From the IMG/VR virus record IMGVR_UViG_3300009408_000009: DNA of 60,405 nt; one strand, written 5' to 3'. Numbering within the stretch: position 1 is the first letter of the stretch; every line of letters begins with the position of its first letter. The position numbers were made by a program, and so were the translations under genes. The DNA is from an uncultured virus (IMG/VR IMGVR_UViG_3300009408_000009). Its lineage: Duplodnaviria > Heunggongvirae > Uroviricota > Caudoviricetes. This document shows positions 58,116 to 60,405 of this stretch, piece after piece. The notes below the pieces were generated by a model, which worked only from the letters and a program-made list of their open reading frames with translations, searched no databases and was not told where the DNA came from.

Positions 58116-60405
58116 TTAGATTGATTTGCTCTCCATATTTCATCATCTAAATTCAAATTAGGTTGATTAATATAGTTATTTATTTTAGCTTTATTAAAAC
58201 CTTTTTCTATTGAACCTTCAATACCATTTAAGATAACATCAATCATACTTTTGTCCTCTATCTTATTTAATTTTATTGGAGAAATATTTATTGTGTTTAA
58301 TAAATCACTAAAATCTTTATGAATTATATCTCCTTTTTGTCCTTCTATGACTACATTTTTACCCTGTGGTGCAAATATCTCACGACCTCTTTGTACATAT
58401 TCTTGTCGTTTTTCATTCATTAAATATTTACCATCATAACCCATAACACCACCTTTTTCAAATTTAGGCATAGGAGTAGATAAAATAACAGCAGTTTCTA
58501 AAGCACCTAAAGCTATAATTGGTAATATATTTAAAAATCCTTTTTTAGCAGCATTTGTAATAGCAACTGCTATATTTATTGCAGCTCTAGCTAATGATAC
58601 TTTTTTATCTATCTTCCATTGTTTTTCCTTTTCTTTTTTTATTTTTCGATTTAATGTTTCTTTAGATGCAGCTTCTTCTCTATCTAAAAGTTTTTTTCTT
58701 TGTGTATTATCTCCTGCTAATCGCCTTAATACATCATATTTTTTAGTTTCAGCATCTATTTCCCTTCCTATATTATTGATTCTCGCTTGGGTAGAATTTG
58801 CAAATAACTCACCTATTTGACTTATGATTTCTCCTGTAAGTTTTAAAGCATCTGTAATTTGTTTAATATTATCTTTAGTTCCTTTTGTTGTAGTTGGGTC
58901 AATAAATGGTATTTTACCTTGTTCTTGTAATGCTTTAATTTTAGCATTTAACTTTGTTACATCAATTCCTAAATTACTTAATATCTTAGATTCTAATATA
59001 AATTCTTTAACTTGTAATTTAATACCTTCTTGAAAAGCATTATATTTAACTCTAGCAGTTTCTCTTATTAAAGTTTGTTTATCCTTTTCTGTTTTTTTAC
59101 TATCATTAAAAGTTTGTTTAATAATTGCTAATTGTTTGTTTGCATCAGCTTGAATTAAACTTTGACCTATTTTTTTACTTCTTTTTTATTAGTTGCAGTT
59201 TCTAATTCTTTTTTTCTTTGTGCATTTAAAGCATCTATTTTATCTTTTGTTTCTAAAAATGTTATATCTACTTGTTTGTTTTTATTTTCTTCTGCTAATT
59301 TAAGTTTTTCAGAATAAAGTGTTTTGTCATTATCTATCTTTTCTTGATTGGCTTGTATTTCTAATTTTAAATCTGCTACTCTTATTTTATTAGATAGGTC
59401 AAAAAATTCTTTTTCTGATTTAATATTACCTCCACCAACTTTAGTTCTTTTAATTTGATTTATTAAATCTTGTCTTAATTTAATTTCTGTAGCTATTTGG
59501 TTTAATCTTTCTTTTTGAGTTACTTTACTTTCTTTATTTGCTTTAGTATTTACATCAGCTAAAAGTCTTTGTTCTTTGGTTAATGCAGAAATTTCATCAG
59601 TTAAATTTTTAATATTTCTTATTTTTTTAGCTGCTGCTGCTTTTGCAGTTGCTTCTGCTGCTGCTTTTTTATCTGCTTCCTCTTTGTTTTTTTTATCTAT
59701 TAAATCTTGTCCACTTAATATATCTTCATTTAATTTTATTTCTCTTTCTTTATCTCCAATTAGTTTTTTATTTAAAAATAAAGCCTCTTGTGCATCTAAT
59801 TTTTGTTTTTCTGCTTGTTGAGTTGCTTTACCAAATTTTTGTTCTTGAAATGAAACACTAAATTCTCTAGCTTTTAATGTTTGTTCTAATCCTTTTTTTT
59901 CTTCTTTTAATGCTTCTAAACTTTTCTTTAATGTTGGTAAATTAACTTTAGCTCTTAATTCAGCTAAATCTCTTTCAGCTTTTATATTTTCTCTTACTTT
60001 TATTGTATTTGCCTCTGTTGCATCTCCAAAATTATTTTTAGCTGTAATAACATCAGGCATATTATCTTTGAATACTTTTAATATTCTATTTAATTCTTTT
60101 TGCTCATCCTTATTAAGTTTTATGCCTTCTTTAAAATTTTTAATTTTAATTTGTAACTTATCATAAGCATCAGCCATTTTACCTAATGATTCTCTAGTAT
60201 CATTAGATTTCTTTATTGAGCTTATAAATTCATTATTTTGTTTACTTAATGCTTTAGCCGTTTCAGAAGCCGATACATTTAATTTATCTATAACCCATAT
60301 TAAACCTGTAATAGCTATTACAATAATACCTATTGCATTTTCTTTTAAAAATTTAGAAAAAGTCCCTAAAGCTAATGATGTTTTATTTATTCCAAATGCT
60401 GCCGA
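58109..60405 (-). CDS. Second tape measure protein (5'-partial) with a -1 frameshift at about 59170
   Basis: Open from the window end (KENAIGIIVIAITGL) through coiled coil; after the A7 run it continues in the -1 frame to ...AVILSTPMPKFEKGG. Confidence 0.75.

Noticed and set aside
1006..59861. Plus-strand ORFs in the ORF track
   Set aside because: All are antisense shadows of well-supported minus-strand genes, with no recognisable motifs.
1..60405. tRNA or rRNA genes
   Set aside because: No cloverleaf or rRNA-like sequence seen in intergenic regions by eye; tRNAscan not run.

Overview
AT-rich segment of a large myovirus-type phage genome. Nearly all genes are on the minus strand. The host is probably a Bacteroidota bacterium (TAnnTTTG-like promoters, Hc1-like protein, A-rich leaders without Shine-Dalgarno). 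1-30 kb: replication and nucleotide genes (sliding clamp, PolB, class II RNR, DnaB/gp41 helicase, 5'-3' exonuclease, RecA/UvsX, SSB, divergent PolA) and a dense DNA-modification set (3-4 MTases, Mom-like GNAT, cytosine-type thymidylate synthase homolog, AsnB-like and PLP enzymes, radical SAM). 32-45.5 kb: contractile tail module. 45.6-47.2 kb: RHH+TnpB element, with a miniature end-to-end copy at 9.5 kb. 47-60 kb: tail fibre/spike genes and a second, siphovirus-like tail module with its own tape measure gene. The main candidate novel system is PolB. It is split into two genes that carry a non-catalytic split-intein-like remnant. Its catalytic YIDTDS motif is interrupted by a 42-nt hairpin with an in-frame stop between matching GAT codons, which looks like a T4 gene 60-style ribosomal bypass. 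Five apparently functional split inteins fragment NrdJ (3 genes), helicase (3 genes) and RecA (2 genes, with a 13-residue N-intein). Product calls come from motif recognition by eye, without database searches.
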